Source of the DNA: an uncultured delta proteobacterium
GTDB lineage: Bacteria; Myxococcota_A; Polyangia; Haliangiales; Haliangiaceae
Direction of reading: 5' to 3'
Assembly: GCA_963743525.1 (NCBI GenBank)
Contig: CAVUQH010000003.1
Location: 928,001-992,000, forward strand
DNA length: 64,000 nucleotides
Position numbers and translations under genes: made by a program. The notes beneath the pieces were generated by a model. The model had not been told where the DNA came from. It worked only from the letters and a program-made list of their open reading frames with translations, and did no database searches. How positions within the stretch are numbered: the first letter of the stretch is position 1; each line of letters starts with the position of its first letter. Below, in pieces: positions 1 through 20,827 of this stretch.

Positions 1-984
1 GGCTCGGTGCGGCCCGCTGTTTTGCGTGGCCGGCGCCTCGACGGTGAAGGCCCACATCAACCAGTCGGCCACTTCGCGCGGCTGCGCGGTCAGGTTGTAC
101 TGCTTGCGCAGGCGGTACAGCTCGTCGCGCAGCTCGCCGGCCGTGTCCCAGCGCTCGTCGCGGTCGCGCTCGAGCGCGCGCAGGACGATGGCGTCGAGCT
201 CCGGCGGGCAGTCGCGGTTGTAGGTCGACGGCGGCGCGATGATGGCGTTCTGTACCCGCTGCAGGGTCTTGTAGTCGTTCTTGGTCGCGAACAGCGGACG
301 AGCCGTGAGCATCTCGTGAGCCAGCACACCCAGCGAGAACAGGTCCGACCGGCCGTCGAGCTGCAGCCCGCGGATCGCCTCCGGGGCCATGTACGCCATC
401 TTGCCTTTGACCCGTCCGGTCTGCGTCTGCAGGTGCTGGGTCTGCGCCTTGGCAATGCCGAAGTCGATGATCTTGACGTGACCGTCGTGGCTGACGATGA
501 CGTTGGACGGCGACACGTCGCGGTGGACCAGGCCCAGCGGCCGGCCCTCGTCATCGACGCGCGTGTGCGCGTACTCGAGCGCGTCGCACACCTGGGCCAG
601 GATCGACACCGTGACCTGGAGCGGCGGAGGGCCGGTGACGCGGCGCGACTGGCGCAGGATCTGGCGCACGTCGAATCCGTCGATCAGCTCCATCGAGATG
701 AAGTAGACGTGGCCGACCCGGCCCAGCTCGTAGATCTGCACGACCCCCGGGTGGGTCAGCAGCGAGGCCAGCTTGGCTTCGCGCACGAACGCGCGGACGA
801 ACGATTCGTCCTCGGCCAGGTGTGGCAGCAGGCGTTTGAGCGCGACCCATCGCTCGAAGCCTTCGATACCGATCTCTTTGGCCCGGTGGACAGTTGCCAT
901 CCCCCCGACACCGAGACGGTCGAAGACGCGATAGGGCCCGAAGACTACACCTCGGTCGCGCCGCTCCTGGTCTGTAACCGACAT
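1..984 (-). CDS. Hanks-type Ser/Thr protein kinase (3' end runs off the window)
   Basis: My translation from ATG 984 (GAGGGG just upstream) gives LGVGGMATV, VALKRLL, VHRDVSPSN, KIIDFGIAK, GKMAYMAPE and DLFSLG; the frame is open to position 1. Confidence 0.93.
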   Translation of the reverse strand, partial: MSVTDQERRDRGVVFGPYRVFDRLGVGGMATVHRAKEIGIEGFERWVALKRLLPHLAEDESFVRAFVREAKLASLLTHPGVVQIYELGRVGHVYFISMELIDGFDVRQILRQSRRVTGPPPLQVTVSILAQVCDALEYAHTRVDDEGRPLGLVHRDVSPSNVIVSHDGHVKIIDFGIAKAQTQHLQTQTGRVKGKMAYMAPEAIRGLQLDGRSDLFSLGVLAHEMLTARPLFATKNDYKTLQRVQNAIIAPPSTYNRDCPPELDAIVLRALERDRDERWDTAGELRDELYRLRKQYNLTAQPREVADWLMWAFTVEAPATQNSGPHRA

Positions 985-1173
985 CCCCTCGATACTCAGA
1001 ACCCGCGGACCAACAAAAGTTGCTCCGCAGCTTTGCACAGCTCGATGTCAGCACTCGTCAAAAAACGGATACGATTTGCCTATGTTATCGAAATCACAGG
1101 ATTTCTCCCCTGTGAGAACTGTCACCTATCTTACTGGCCCAGGGGCCAGAGAGGGCGTCGACTGACCCGCGGG

Positions 1174-1431
1174 TCAGCGGCCGGCGACACGCTGCGTCGA
1201 GGCCTGCTCGGGGGTCCAGACCGTGAGGCTCAGGGCGTGGATCGGCCCCTTCATCTCGTCGGCCAGCGCGGCGAAGACCAACCGGTGACGCTGCACCAGG
1301 TTGAGGCCCTCGAACGCCGCCGACACGATGGTCGCCTCCCAGTGATCCTGGGTGCCGGTCAGGTCGCGAAGCTCGACCTCGGCATCGGGCAGGGCGGCGC
1401 GGATCTTGGCCGTGATCTGCTCGGGCGCCAC
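1174..1431 (-). CDS. bolA: BolA/IbaG family protein
   Basis: C-terminal part of ORF 1174..3081: DHWEATIVSAAFEGLNLVQRHRLVFAAL...IHALSL; GTG start 3 nt after the pruA stop. Confidence 0.9.
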   Translation of the reverse strand: MAPEQITAKIRAALPDAEVELRDLTGTQDHWEATIVSAAFEGLNLVQRHRLVFAALADEMKGPIHALSLTVWTPEQASTQRVAGR

Positions 1432-1433
1432 GG

Positions 1434-3065
<1,632 letters not shown>

Positions 3066-3137
3066 GGCCGCCTTGTACCATGAACCCGCTTTCGCGACAG
3101 GGCCCACGACGACCCCGGTTGCGGTAGTGTCGGCGGC

Positions 3138-3908
3138 ATGGGCTGGCATCCGATCTGGCGCGGAACCCGGTCGCTGGTCGATGCCCTCGATCGCCGCGCC
3201 GAAGCCCGCGGCGACCGCATTGCCCGGACTTCGGAGCCGTACTGGGGGCTCGAAAGGTTGGACCTGTTCTGCGAGCTCCCGCGGGCCGATCTCGAGGCGC
3301 TGTGCAGCACGCCGCGGCTGCAGCGCTACCAGCCGCGCGAGCCGGTGATCGTCGACGATGACGCGGTGCGCGTGTTGGTCTCGGGGGCGATCAAGCTGGC
3401 GCGCGTCGGCTTCAGCGGACGCAAGCTGATCGTCGCGCTGCTCGCCGCCGGCGACGTCTTCGGCCGTATCACCGGCGACGACGACGGCTACGTGGTCGAG
3501 GCGTTGGAGGAGACCGAGGTGCTGGCGGTGTCGCACGAGGCGTTCCAGTCGCTGCTCGAGCGGCGCGAGTTCGCCTACCGCATCGTCCAGCACCTGGAGG
3601 AGCGGCAGCGCGAGCTGGTGCGGCGGGTCGAGAGCCTGGCGTTCAAGGATGTGCGCACGCGCCTGATCGAGGCGCTGCTGGCGCTGGCCCACGAGCACGG
3701 CGAACCGTGCCAGCATGGGATGGCGGTCGACGTGCGCATCAACCAGCAAGATCTGGCGGATCTGATCGGCGCGTCGCGGCAGATGGTCAACCGGCTGCTC
3801 GGCGAGCTGTCGCGCAAGCTGTACGTGCGCCGCATGGGCAAGGTGCTCTGTATCCTCAACCACCGCCGGCTCGCGCGGCTGCTCGACGAGCCGGTGTCAA
3901 CTGGTTGA
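3138..3908 (+). CDS. Crp/Fnr family transcriptional regulator
   Basis: cNMP-binding-like domain (VLVSGAIKL...GDVFG) and C-terminal HTH INQQDLADLIGASRQMVNRLL. Confidence 0.88.
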   Translation: MGWHPIWRGTRSLVDALDRRAEARGDRIARTSEPYWGLERLDLFCELPRADLEALCSTPRLQRYQPREPVIVDDDAVRVLVSGAIKLARVGFSGRKLIVALLAAGDVFGRITGDDDGYVVEALEETEVLAVSHEAFQSLLERREFAYRIVQHLEERQRELVRRVESLAFKDVRTRLIEALLALAHEHGEPCQHGMAVDVRINQQDLADLIGASRQMVNRLLGELSRKLYVRRMGKVLCILNHRRLARLLDEPVSTG

Positions 3909-3943
3909 CAGCGCGGGCAGCGGAGAAGGGATATCCACGGGCC

Positions 3944-4639
3944 ATGTCTGCCATCAAGCTCTTCGTGTTCGCCGCGGCGCTGGTCGCCGTCGGGCGACCG
4001 GCTGCGGCCGGTGAGGACAATCCCATCACCTCGGCCGACGCCGCCGAGGCGGCGCTGCCGTCGCCTCACCACGCGCTGCTCGACCTGTCGATGCTGGCCC
4101 GCTACGACCGTCTGCCGGGCGAGGTCAACGCCGGCCGCGCCGGGCTGTCGGTGCGCGCGCTGTTGGGACGGAAGGTCGGCTACTGCGTCGGCGCCGACCT
4201 CGACATCGGCGCCAGCGGCAAGGGGCTGGTCTACGGCGTGGTCGCGCAGCTCGCCGGCGTCGGCAAGCGGTTGGGCCAGGCCGGCTACGTGTCGCTGTGC
4301 GGCGGCGCCGGTGTCGGCGGCGCGACCGGCGTGATTCCGGCGGCGCTGGAGGTGCCGATCGAGCTGCGCATGCGCCTGCAGGCCGGGCCGGTGAGGTTGT
4401 CCGGCTTCGTCACCGGGCGCTTCACCGCGTTCGACGAGGCGCGGGACGACGGCGCCCGCAGCGTCAGCGGCTTCGACGAGCTCGACGCCGGCGTCGCCAT
4501 CGGGCTGGGCCGTCAGCACGTCTACTGGCGCGGCTCGTCGGCCGGGTCGGGGCCGTTCGTGGCGGTCACCTACAAGGAGCTGATGGACCAGCGGCTGATC
4601 GCCGTGTCGCTCGGCTTCGAGCTGACGGGGGGCAACTGA
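3944..4639 (+). CDS. Secreted hypothetical protein, possibly a small outer-membrane beta-barrel
   Basis: Signal peptide MSAIKLFVFAAALVAVGRPAAA; Gly-rich amphipathic strands; stop overlaps the next ATG. Confidence 0.65.
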   Translation: MSAIKLFVFAAALVAVGRPAAAGEDNPITSADAAEAALPSPHHALLDLSMLARYDRLPGEVNAGRAGLSVRALLGRKVGYCVGADLDIGASGKGLVYGVVAQLAGVGKRLGQAGYVSLCGGAGVGGATGVIPAALEVPIELRMRLQAGPVRLSGFVTGRFTAFDEARDDGARSVSGFDELDAGVAIGLGRQHVYWRGSSAGSGPFVAVTYKELMDQRLIAVSLGFELTGGN

Positions 4640-5589
4640 TGCGCGCCGCGTCGCTCGTGTTGTTGGTCGTCGGCGCCTGCGCGCGGCCCAACGTCGCCGC
4701 CCGTCCGCTGCCGCAGCCGCCGCCGGCGCCGGCCGGCATCGTCCACACCACCGGCACGTTCGACGGCAGCGGCGGCGCGGTGCTGTTCGAGCAGTGCTGG
4801 AAGCCGGCCGACCGCGCGCCGTCGTCGGTGGTGGTGCTGGTCCACGGCATCAAGGATCACAGCTCGCGCTACGAGCAGCTGGCCGAGGCGCTGGTCCGCG
4901 CCGGCCACGCCGCGTGCGGCTTCGATCACCGCGGCCACGGCCGGTCGTCGGGGCCGCGCTTCGATCTCTATCCGTTCTCGGCCGATCTCGGCGACATGGA
5001 TCGCTACCTGGCCACCGTCCGCCAGCGCTTCCCCGGCGCGCCGCTGTTCCTATTCGGCCACAGCATGGGCGGTGTGCTGGTGCCGCTGTACGTGATCGAG
5101 CGCCAGCCCCAGCTGGCCGGCATCGTGCTCAGCGCGCCGGCGGTGCATCCGCCGCTGCACCCGTTCGCCATCGCCGGGCTGATGGTCGCGGCGACCCTGG
5201 CGCCCAACGCGCCGCTGCTCGATGCGCCGGACGACACCTTCTCGCCCGATCCCGCGGTGGTGAAGGGGATGCACGACGATCCGCTGATTCCCCGCGGCAA
5301 GGGCACCGGCCGCATGGCCGCCGAGCTGGCGCGCGGCATCGAGCGGGTGTGGGCCGGGGTCGCCACGATCCGCGCGCCGATCCTGATCCTGTCGGGGACC
5401 GCGGATCGGGCGGTGGATCCGCACGGCAGCATCGAGCTGCGCCGGCGGGTCGGCTCGACGGATGCCACGCTGCACATGTATCGCGCAGCCGGGCACGATC
5501 TCGCGCACGATCCGCAAAAGGACGCGATCGTCAGCGACATCGTGTCGTGGGTCGGCGCGCACACGCCTGCGGCGTCCGCCGTCCCCTAG
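4639..5589 (+). CDS. Alpha/beta hydrolase (lysophospholipase/monoacylglycerol lipase family), probable lipoprotein
   Basis: VHGIKDHSSRY, DHRGHGRS, GHSMGG nucleophile elbow, GTADRAV, GHDL; N-terminal VVGAC. Confidence 0.9.
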   Translation: MRAASLVLLVVGACARPNVAARPLPQPPPAPAGIVHTTGTFDGSGGAVLFEQCWKPADRAPSSVVVLVHGIKDHSSRYEQLAEALVRAGHAACGFDHRGHGRSSGPRFDLYPFSADLGDMDRYLATVRQRFPGAPLFLFGHSMGGVLVPLYVIERQPQLAGIVLSAPAVHPPLHPFAIAGLMVAATLAPNAPLLDAPDDTFSPDPAVVKGMHDDPLIPRGKGTGRMAAELARGIERVWAGVATIRAPILILSGTADRAVDPHGSIELRRRVGSTDATLHMYRAAGHDLAHDPQKDAIVSDIVSWVGAHTPAASAVP

Positions 5590-5677
5590 CTCGCCAGAAC
5601 GCCACAACGGGGCAGGCGCCCTCACCCCGGCGGTGACCGATGCGCAGGCGAACGCACCACCTCTTCCGCAGCGCGGG

Positions 5678-5693
5678 TGGTACGCGCTTTGCT
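5678..5693 (+). promoter_or_regulatory. Putative sigma54 (-24/-12) promoter
   Basis: TGGTACGCGCTTTGCT vs consensus TGGCACG-N4-TTGCW, 35 nt upstream of ATG 5728. Confidence 0.65.
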
Positions 5694-5727
5694 CCACGTC
5701 TGCTTGCAGCTGAGCAAGGAGACAACA

Positions 5728-6276
5728 ATGGCACAAGCGAACGAGCTCAAGCAGATGCACAAATGCGCGGCCGTGCTGCCCACCCATACGGCAGCCGAGG
5801 CGGCGATCAAGGAGCTGGGGGCCGCGGGAATCGACCTCAAGCAACTGTCCATCGTCGGCCGCGATTTCCACACCGACGAGCAGGTGGTCGGCTTCTACAA
5901 CACCGGCGACCGGGTCAAGCACTGGGGCAAGCTCGGTGCGTTCTGGGGCGGATTGTTCGGGGTTCTGTTTGCCCCGGCGTTCTTCTGGATCCCCGGTATC
6001 GGACCGGTGCTCACCGGCGGCATCATCGGCTCGGTGATCATGGGCATGGTCGAGGGCGGCGTCGTCGGCGCAGGTGTGGTCGGCGGGCTGTCGGCGCTGG
6101 GCGGCGCGCTGGCCAGCATCGGCATTCCCAGGGACAGCGTGCTCCGCTACGAGCGCGCGCTCAAAGCCGACAAGTACCTCATCATCCTCCACGGCACCCA
6201 GGAGCAGGTCGAGCAGGCGCGCTCGATCCTCGCCGACCACTCGGAGTCGGTGGACGTGGTGCCGGCGGCGCAGTAA
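5728..6276 (+). CDS. General stress protein / DUF1269-like Gly-zipper membrane protein
   Basis: AAIKEL...LSIVGRDFHTDEQVVGFY...WGKLGAFWGGLFG...IPGIGPV...LASIGIP; AAGGAG RBS. Confidence 0.8.
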   Translation: MAQANELKQMHKCAAVLPTHTAAEAAIKELGAAGIDLKQLSIVGRDFHTDEQVVGFYNTGDRVKHWGKLGAFWGGLFGVLFAPAFFWIPGIGPVLTGGIIGSVIMGMVEGGVVGAGVVGGLSALGGALASIGIPRDSVLRYERALKADKYLIILHGTQEQVEQARSILADHSESVDVVPAAQ

Positions 6277-6285
6277 CCGCCGCCG

Positions 6286-8223
<1,938 letters not shown>

Positions 8224-8321
8224 TTGGTGCAATTACACCCCGCAGCGCCGGCAGTTCAATCGAAAACGGACCCCGAATGTGTGGCGGTCCGACGGTTTTT
8301 GGCTAGAGTCTCTGGTTCTCC

Positions 8322-10681
<2,360 letters not shown>

Positions 10682-10682
<1 letters not shown>

Positions 10683-11380
10683 TGGTCGCCCTGCCGCCGC
10701 TGCACGAGGGCCGGCTCGTGCGCCGCTACAAGCGCTTCCTCGCCGACGTCGAGCTGGCCGGCGGCGAGATGGTCACGGCTCACTGCGCCAACCCCGGATC
10801 GATGAACAGCTGCGCGGTCGAGGGCGGCCACGTCTGGCTGAGCCACTCGGACGACCCGCGCCGCCGCCTGGCCTACAGCTGGGAGCTGGCCCGGGTCGGC
10901 GGCCAGATGGTCGTCATCAACACCGCGCGCGGCAACCAGGTCGTCGCCGAGGCGCTGGAGCGCGGCGCCGTCGCCGAGCTGGCCGGCGCCGGCGGCGTCC
11001 GCCGCGAGGTGCGCGTCGGCGACAGGAGCCGCATCGACTTCCTCCTCGAAGACGGCGACGCGCGCACCTACGTCGAGGTCAAGAGCGTGACCCTGGCCGC
11101 CGAGCCCGGCGTCGCCGCCTTCCCCGACTCGGTCACCGAACGCGGCACCCGCCACCTGGAAGAGCTGATCCGCCTCCACCGCGCCGGCCACCGCGCGGTG
11201 CTGCTGTTCTGCGTCGCCCGCACCCGTGTTGCCCGCGTCCGCCCCGCCGACGAGATCGATCCCACCTACGGCCGCACCCTGCGCCGCGCCGCCGCCGCCG
11301 GCGTCGACATCCTCGCCTACGGCTGCGCCATCGGCACGCGACGCATCACCCTGCGCAAGCAGCTCCCAATCGAGCTATAG
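10682..11380 (+). CDS. sfsA: DNA/RNA nuclease SfsA (sugar fermentation stimulation protein)
   Basis: RRYKRFLADV, AHCANPGSM, SRIDF, YVEVKSVTL, FPDSVTERGTRHL; GTG overlaps the upstream stop. Confidence 0.95.
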
Positions 11381-11654
11381 CGGGGTCAGATCCAACTCTT
11401 GAAACTTGCGCGTCGCAACTAGCTGATTTCCCAGCCTGCTGCTCGGAGCTAAGTTTCAGAAGTTGGATCTGACCCCGGTCAGGCACTAGCTGATTTCCCA
11501 GCCTGCTGCTCGGAGCTAAGTTTCAGAAGTTGGATCTGACCCCGGTCAGGCGATAGCGGGGTCAGATCCAACTCTTGAAACTTGCGCGTCGCAACTAGCT
11601 GATTTCCCAGCCTGCTGCTCGGAGCTAAGTTTCAGAAGTTGGATCTGACCCCGG

Positions 11655-11660
<6 letters not shown>
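11381..11660. repeat. 97-bp hairpin element with 17-bp terminal inverted repeats, in tandem: full 11381-11477, 3' partial 11485-11544, full 11557-11653
   Basis: CGGGGTCAGATCCAACT...AGTTGGATCTGACCCCG; the copies are identical and lie between the convergent sfsA and nadA stops. Confidence 0.9.
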
Positions 11661-12628
<968 letters not shown>

Positions 12629-12724
12629 CGTTCGCTTTGTATAGCCTCGCTCCATTCGATGTCCAGCGGCCCGGTTTCGCTGCTTGCAATTCACTCCGGG
12701 AGGGGTATGTTGCGACCTTCCAAT

Positions 12725-14505
<1,781 letters not shown>

Positions 14506-14566
14506 GAGGCGCCCGCTCACCGTCCTCTGTTATAGTGCGAGCCCGGGATAGGCCCGGGTTCGCCAC

Positions 14567-15673
14567 ATGACCGCGAAAAAGCGCTCACACAAGATCGAGA
14601 AGCTCGCTCGCGTCTACGACGACGAGGTGATGCCGGTCTGGTCCGAGCGCTTCGGACGACTGTTGCTTCGCGGTCTGACCCTGCCCGAGCGGGGCCAGGT
14701 GCTCGACGTCAGCTGCGGCACCGGCTACCCGTCGGTCGAGCTGCTCCGGCGCATGGGCCCCGGCTGCCGCCTCATTGCCATCGACGCCGCCTCGGCCATG
14801 CTCGATGTCGCGCGCAAGAAGGTGGCCGAGATCGAGGGCGCCTCGCGCAAGGTCTTCTTCCGCACCGAGAGCGCCGAGCCCAAGCTGTCGTTCGCCGACG
14901 ACGTCTACGACCTGGTGGTGTCCAACCTCGGCCTCGAGGATATGGACGACCAGGCGGGCGCGCTGCGCGACTTCGCCCGGGTCACCGCCCCCGGCGGCGA
15001 GGTCCGCTGCACCCTGCCGCTGGACGGCACCTTCCAGGAGTTCTTCGACATCTACCGCGAAGTGCTGATCAAGCACGACAAGCACGACGCGCTCGACCGG
15101 CTCAACGACTACCTGCGCCGCTACCCCACCGTCGAGCAGTGCGAGGAGTGGATGCAGGCCGCCGGCTTCCGCCCGTACCGCATCGACGTGGCCGAGTTCT
15201 CGATGCTGTTCAAGAGCTCGCGCGAGTTCTTCTTCGCCCCGGTCATCGAGTACGGCCCGCTGCCCGAGTGGAAGGCGATCGCCGGCAAGGGCCAGGAGAT
15301 GCAGGACGTCTTCTGGTACATCAAGGAGGCGATCGACGCCTACTTCGGCGACCGCGCCTTCCAGGCCACGGTCAAGGCCGCCTGCCTGGTCGGCCACGTG
15401 CCCGAGGTCACCGAGGAAGACGTCACCGGTCGGGTCGAAAAGATCGCGGACGAGCCGTCGGTCAACCGCGTCGATTTCGGCGAGGTGGTCGACGTGCCGC
15501 CCCAGCGCACCCGCACCGGCACCGAGGAGATCAGCATCGACGAGCTGGAGGAGCTCGACGACATCGAGACCCTCAACAACGCCGAGCCGGTGCCCGACGG
15601 TGACGCCGACGACGACGTCATCCAGGCGTTCGTCGACGGCGCCGAGCGCCCCGTCAGCCTGGAAGACGAGTAG
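14567..15673 (+). CDS. Class I SAM-dependent methyltransferase with acidic C-terminal tail
   Basis: VLDVSCGTG, AIDAASAMLDVAR, YDLVVSN; Asp/Glu-rich last ~90 aa. Confidence 0.85.
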   Translation: MTAKKRSHKIEKLARVYDDEVMPVWSERFGRLLLRGLTLPERGQVLDVSCGTGYPSVELLRRMGPGCRLIAIDAASAMLDVARKKVAEIEGASRKVFFRTESAEPKLSFADDVYDLVVSNLGLEDMDDQAGALRDFARVTAPGGEVRCTLPLDGTFQEFFDIYREVLIKHDKHDALDRLNDYLRRYPTVEQCEEWMQAAGFRPYRIDVAEFSMLFKSSREFFFAPVIEYGPLPEWKAIAGKGQEMQDVFWYIKEAIDAYFGDRAFQATVKAACLVGHVPEVTEEDVTGRVEKIADEPSVNRVDFGEVVDVPPQRTRTGTEEISIDELEELDDIETLNNAEPVPDGDADDDVIQAFVDGAERPVSLEDE

Positions 15674-17731
<2,058 letters not shown>

Positions 17732-17832
17732 CCCGCCGATCCTGCACCAGATTTCGCGTACTTGTGGATCCGTCGCGCGGCCGGGCGATATGTTCGGGGC
17801 CCCCGGCCCGTTGACCAGATACCGCCCCGGTC

Positions 17833-18429
17833 ATGACCCGCACCCTGACACTGCCGCTCCGCCTCGCCGAGGCGATCGACGGCGCCGACCCCGAGCCGGC
17901 GCCGCTGGAAGATCGCGCCCTGGCCGGTGACGCCGCGGCCTGGGAGGCGCTGTTCCGCCGGCACAACCGCCGGGTGGTCCTGGTGCTGCTGGCCCGCGGC
18001 GTGCGCGCCGACGTCGCCCGCGACCTGGCGCAGGACGCGTGGACGCGGCTGATCGAGAAACAGCGCCGCGACCAGCTGCGGCTGCTTCGCCTGCCGGCGC
18101 TGGCCATCCGCCAGGCGCTGTTCCTGGCCGCCGACCGCGCCCGCCGCGGCGACGTTCGCTACGAGCACGTGGCGCTGTCGGACGACGACGCCGTCGACCT
18201 CGACCTGGAGAAGCAGCTGACCGACCGCAGCCGCCTGGCCCGCGCCCGCGCGGTGCTGGCCACCTGCAGCGACTCGCAGCAGCGGGTCTTCCGCGCCATC
18301 TACGCCCGCCCCGGCGCGTCGGCCGCCGAGGTCGCCGCCGAGACCCGGCTGTCGGTGCAGCGGGTGCGGCAGATCATGTGCGAGGTGCGCAAGAAGCTGC
18401 GCGCGGTCGTGGAGGATGTCGATGTCTGA
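17833..18429 (+). CDS. ECF-type RNA polymerase sigma factor
   Basis: AWEALFRRH...ARDLAQDAW (region 2) and SAAEVAAETRLSVQRVRQI (region 4). Confidence 0.8.
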   Translation: MTRTLTLPLRLAEAIDGADPEPAPLEDRALAGDAAAWEALFRRHNRRVVLVLLARGVRADVARDLAQDAWTRLIEKQRRDQLRLLRLPALAIRQALFLAADRARRGDVRYEHVALSDDDAVDLDLEKQLTDRSRLARARAVLATCSDSQQRVFRAIYARPGASAAEVAAETRLSVQRVRQIMCEVRKKLRAVVEDVDV

Positions 18430-18820
18430 TTGCCTCACCACCTCCGAGCTCGCCTGGTACGTGACCGACGGCCTGTCGCCGGTGGCCTGCGACCTGGCGC
18501 GCGCCGACCGCATCGAGACCCACGCCGCCGACTGCCCCGACTGCGCCGCCGCCCTCGCCGCCGAGGCCCGGGCCGAGCTGGTCATCGAAGAAGCCGCCCG
18601 CGCCGAGCCGCTGGCGCCGCCGCACCGCCGCGCCGCCTGGCTGGGCGCGCTGGCCGCGGTTGCCGGCATCGTCCTGGTCGTCTTCATCGGCCGCGCCGTG
18701 GCCGGCGATCGCCCGCCGCAGCGCACCGTCACCGCTGCCGACACGACGCCGGCGGACGCCGGCGTGGGCGCCCTCGCCGTCGACGGCGACATCCTCGACC
18801 CCGACGTCGGCACCAACTGA
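18422..18820 (+). CDS. Zinc-binding (HxxxCxxC) membrane anti-sigma factor
   Basis: HAADCPDC followed by one TM helix; overlaps the sigma gene stop. Confidence 0.8.
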   Translation: MSDCLTTSELAWYVTDGLSPVACDLARADRIETHAADCPDCAAALAAEARAELVIEEAARAEPLAPPHRRAAWLGALAAVAGIVLVVFIGRAVAGDRPPQRTVTAADTTPADAGVGALAVDGDILDPDVGTN

Positions 18821-18841
18821 CGCCGGGCCAAGCCCCTTCTC

Positions 18842-20827
18842 GTGCGCAACGCGCTGGCTCACGCCGGGCGCGCGCGGTGGCCGCTGGCGGTCGCCGGCGT
18901 GGTCGGCCTCGTCTATCTCGCCCGGCTGGGCTCGTTCGGCTTTTGGGATCCGCACGAGCTCGACGTCGCCAGCGGCGGCGCCGGCGTCAACGGCTGGCTG
19001 GCACACCTGGGCGCCGCCCTGGGCCAGGGCGAGGCGGCGGCGCGGCTGCCGTCGGCGCTGCTCGGCCTGGCGGCGGTGGCGATCGTCTTCGTCTGGGCGG
19101 CGCGGGTCGCCGGCCGGCGGGTCGGCGGGATCGCTGCGCTGCTGTGCGCATCGGCGCCGCTGGTGCTGCTCGAGTCGCGGCAGCTGGTCGGCGATGTCGG
19201 CGGTCTGGCCGGGGCGACCGCGGCCGTCGCCGGTGCCTGCCTGGCGCTGGCGCCGCGCGGCCGTCGCGATCGGCTGGCCGCCGCGCTGCTGGTACCGCTC
19301 GGCGCGGTGCTGGCGTACGCGTCGGCCGGCGCGGTCCTCGGCGTGGCGGTGCCGGCGGCTGCGATCGCCGCCGGTGCGGCCGCCATCGGTCGTCGCCGCG
19401 CGGCCGCCGCCGTGGCCGGGCTCGCGGTCGTCGCCATCGCCGCCGCCGTGTGGGGCCCGGCGTCGCTCGGTCCCCACGGCCCGCAACCGGCGCAGCCGCG
19501 CTGGGATCTCCTGGTCGAGCAGGTCGCCTACGGCGGCTTCCCATGGATCGCGCTGGCGCCGCTGGCGCTGGTCCGCGGCATCGACGCACCCGGCGCCGCG
19601 CCGGAGCGACGGATGGCCGGCTGGGTCGTCTTCGTCTGGGTCGTCGGCGCCTGGGTCGCCGGCACCGTGTTGACCCTGACCGTCGGCCCGACTCGTCTGG
19701 CCGCGCTGCCGGCCGCGGCGCTGGCGGTTGCGCTGTGGCTCGACGACAGCGCGTGCGGGCGCCACCGTCCCGCGGCCGGCGCGATCGTCACGGCGGCCCT
19801 GGTGGCGGCGCTGCTCGGCCGCGACCTGTACGCCTTTCCCGATCGCATCGCCACGCTGCACACCGGCGTCGCGGTGGCCAACGCCGGCGCCGTCGGCGGG
19901 TTGCACGTCGTGCCGCTGGTGGCTGCGCTGCTGTTCGTCGCCGGCGTCGCCGCCGCCGCGAGTAGCCGCGCGCGGCTGCGCCGGGTCGGGCTGGGCGCCG
20001 CGCTGGCGACCTGCGTCGCCTTTGCCGCGGTGGTCGCCCAGCTGTGGATCCCGCGGGTGTCGCGGCAGCTGTCGGCCCGCGCGCTGATCGATCGCTATCG
20101 CGAGCTGGCCGGGCCGGACGAGCCGCTGGCAGTGCTCGGCGTGTCGCCGCGCGCGGCGTCGTTCTACGCCCCCGGCGCCCGGCGGGTGGGCAACGAAGGG
20201 CAGGCGGTCGATCTGCTCGCCGGCGGTGGCCGCGCCTTCGCCATCGTCCCCGACCGCGCTCGCTGCAGCGTCTTTCAGGCACTGCGGGCCCGGGGCGGCG
20301 AGCTGGCGCTGATCGACCGCAGTCGCGCCCTGGCGCTGGTGTCCAACCGCAGCCTGCCCGGCGAACCGCGGCTGCCCGGTCTGGCCGCGTCGATCTCCCG
20401 CCACCCGCCGCAGCCGTCGCGCGCGGTCCACGCGCGGCTCGAGGACGGCCTCGAGCTGATCGGCGCCGACCTCCCGGCGCGGGTCGGCGCCGGCGACCGC
20501 TTTCGCCTGACCCTCTACTTCCGTGTCTACGCCCGGCCGAGCCGGCGCTGGGAGATCTTCGCCCACTTCGACCGCGGCGGCCTGCGCTTCCAGGGCGATC
20601 ACTGGCCACTCGACGACGCCTGTTCGACCCAGCGCTGGCAGCCCGGCGACTACGTCACCGACACCGTCACCGTCACCGCCGGCGACCTGACCTTTGCCCG
20701 CGGCGCCTACCGGGTGTGGATCGGCTTCTTCGTCGGCTCCAACGGCCACTGGACCAACATGCGCGTCACCGCCGGCGACGCCGACGACGCCAACCGCATC
20801 GCGGTCGGCACCATGGAGGTGCGCTGA
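18842..20827 (+). CDS. ArnT/PMT-like (GT-C) membrane glycosyltransferase with C-terminal soluble domain
   Basis: LGSFGFWDPHE, ARLPSAL, many TM helices; C-terminal FAHFD...DHWP...WQPGDYVTD domain. Confidence 0.75.
   Translation: MRNALAHAGRARWPLAVAGVVGLVYLARLGSFGFWDPHELDVASGGAGVNGWLAHLGAALGQGEAAARLPSALLGLAAVAIVFVWAARVAGRRVGGIAALLCASAPLVLLESRQLVGDVGGLAGATAAVAGACLALAPRGRRDRLAAALLVPLGAVLAYASAGAVLGVAVPAAAIAAGAAAIGRRRAAAAVAGLAVVAIAAAVWGPASLGPHGPQPAQPRWDLLVEQVAYGGFPWIALAPLALVRGIDAPGAAPERRMAGWVVFVWVVGAWVAGTVLTLTVGPTRLAALPAAALAVALWLDDSACGRHRPAAGAIVTAALVAALLGRDLYAFPDRIATLHTGVAVANAGAVGGLHVVPLVAALLFVAGVAAAASSRARLRRVGLGAALATCVAFAAVVAQLWIPRVSRQLSARALIDRYRELAGPDEPLAVLGVSPRAASFYAPGARRVGNEGQAVDLLAGGGRAFAIVPDRARCSVFQALRARGGELALIDRSRALALVSNRSLPGEPRLPGLAASISRHPPQPSRAVHARLEDGLELIGADLPARVGAGDRFRLTLYFRVYARPSRRWEIFAHFDRGGLRFQGDHWPLDDACSTQRWQPGDYVTDTVTVTAGDLTFARGAYRVWIGFFVGSNGHWTNMRVTAGDADDANRIAVGTMEVR

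Noticed and set aside
8224..8321. Rifamycin-associated element upstream of the HelD-like gene (HelR-type resistance)
   Set aside because: No convincing palindrome is visible in the short speA-helD intergenic region
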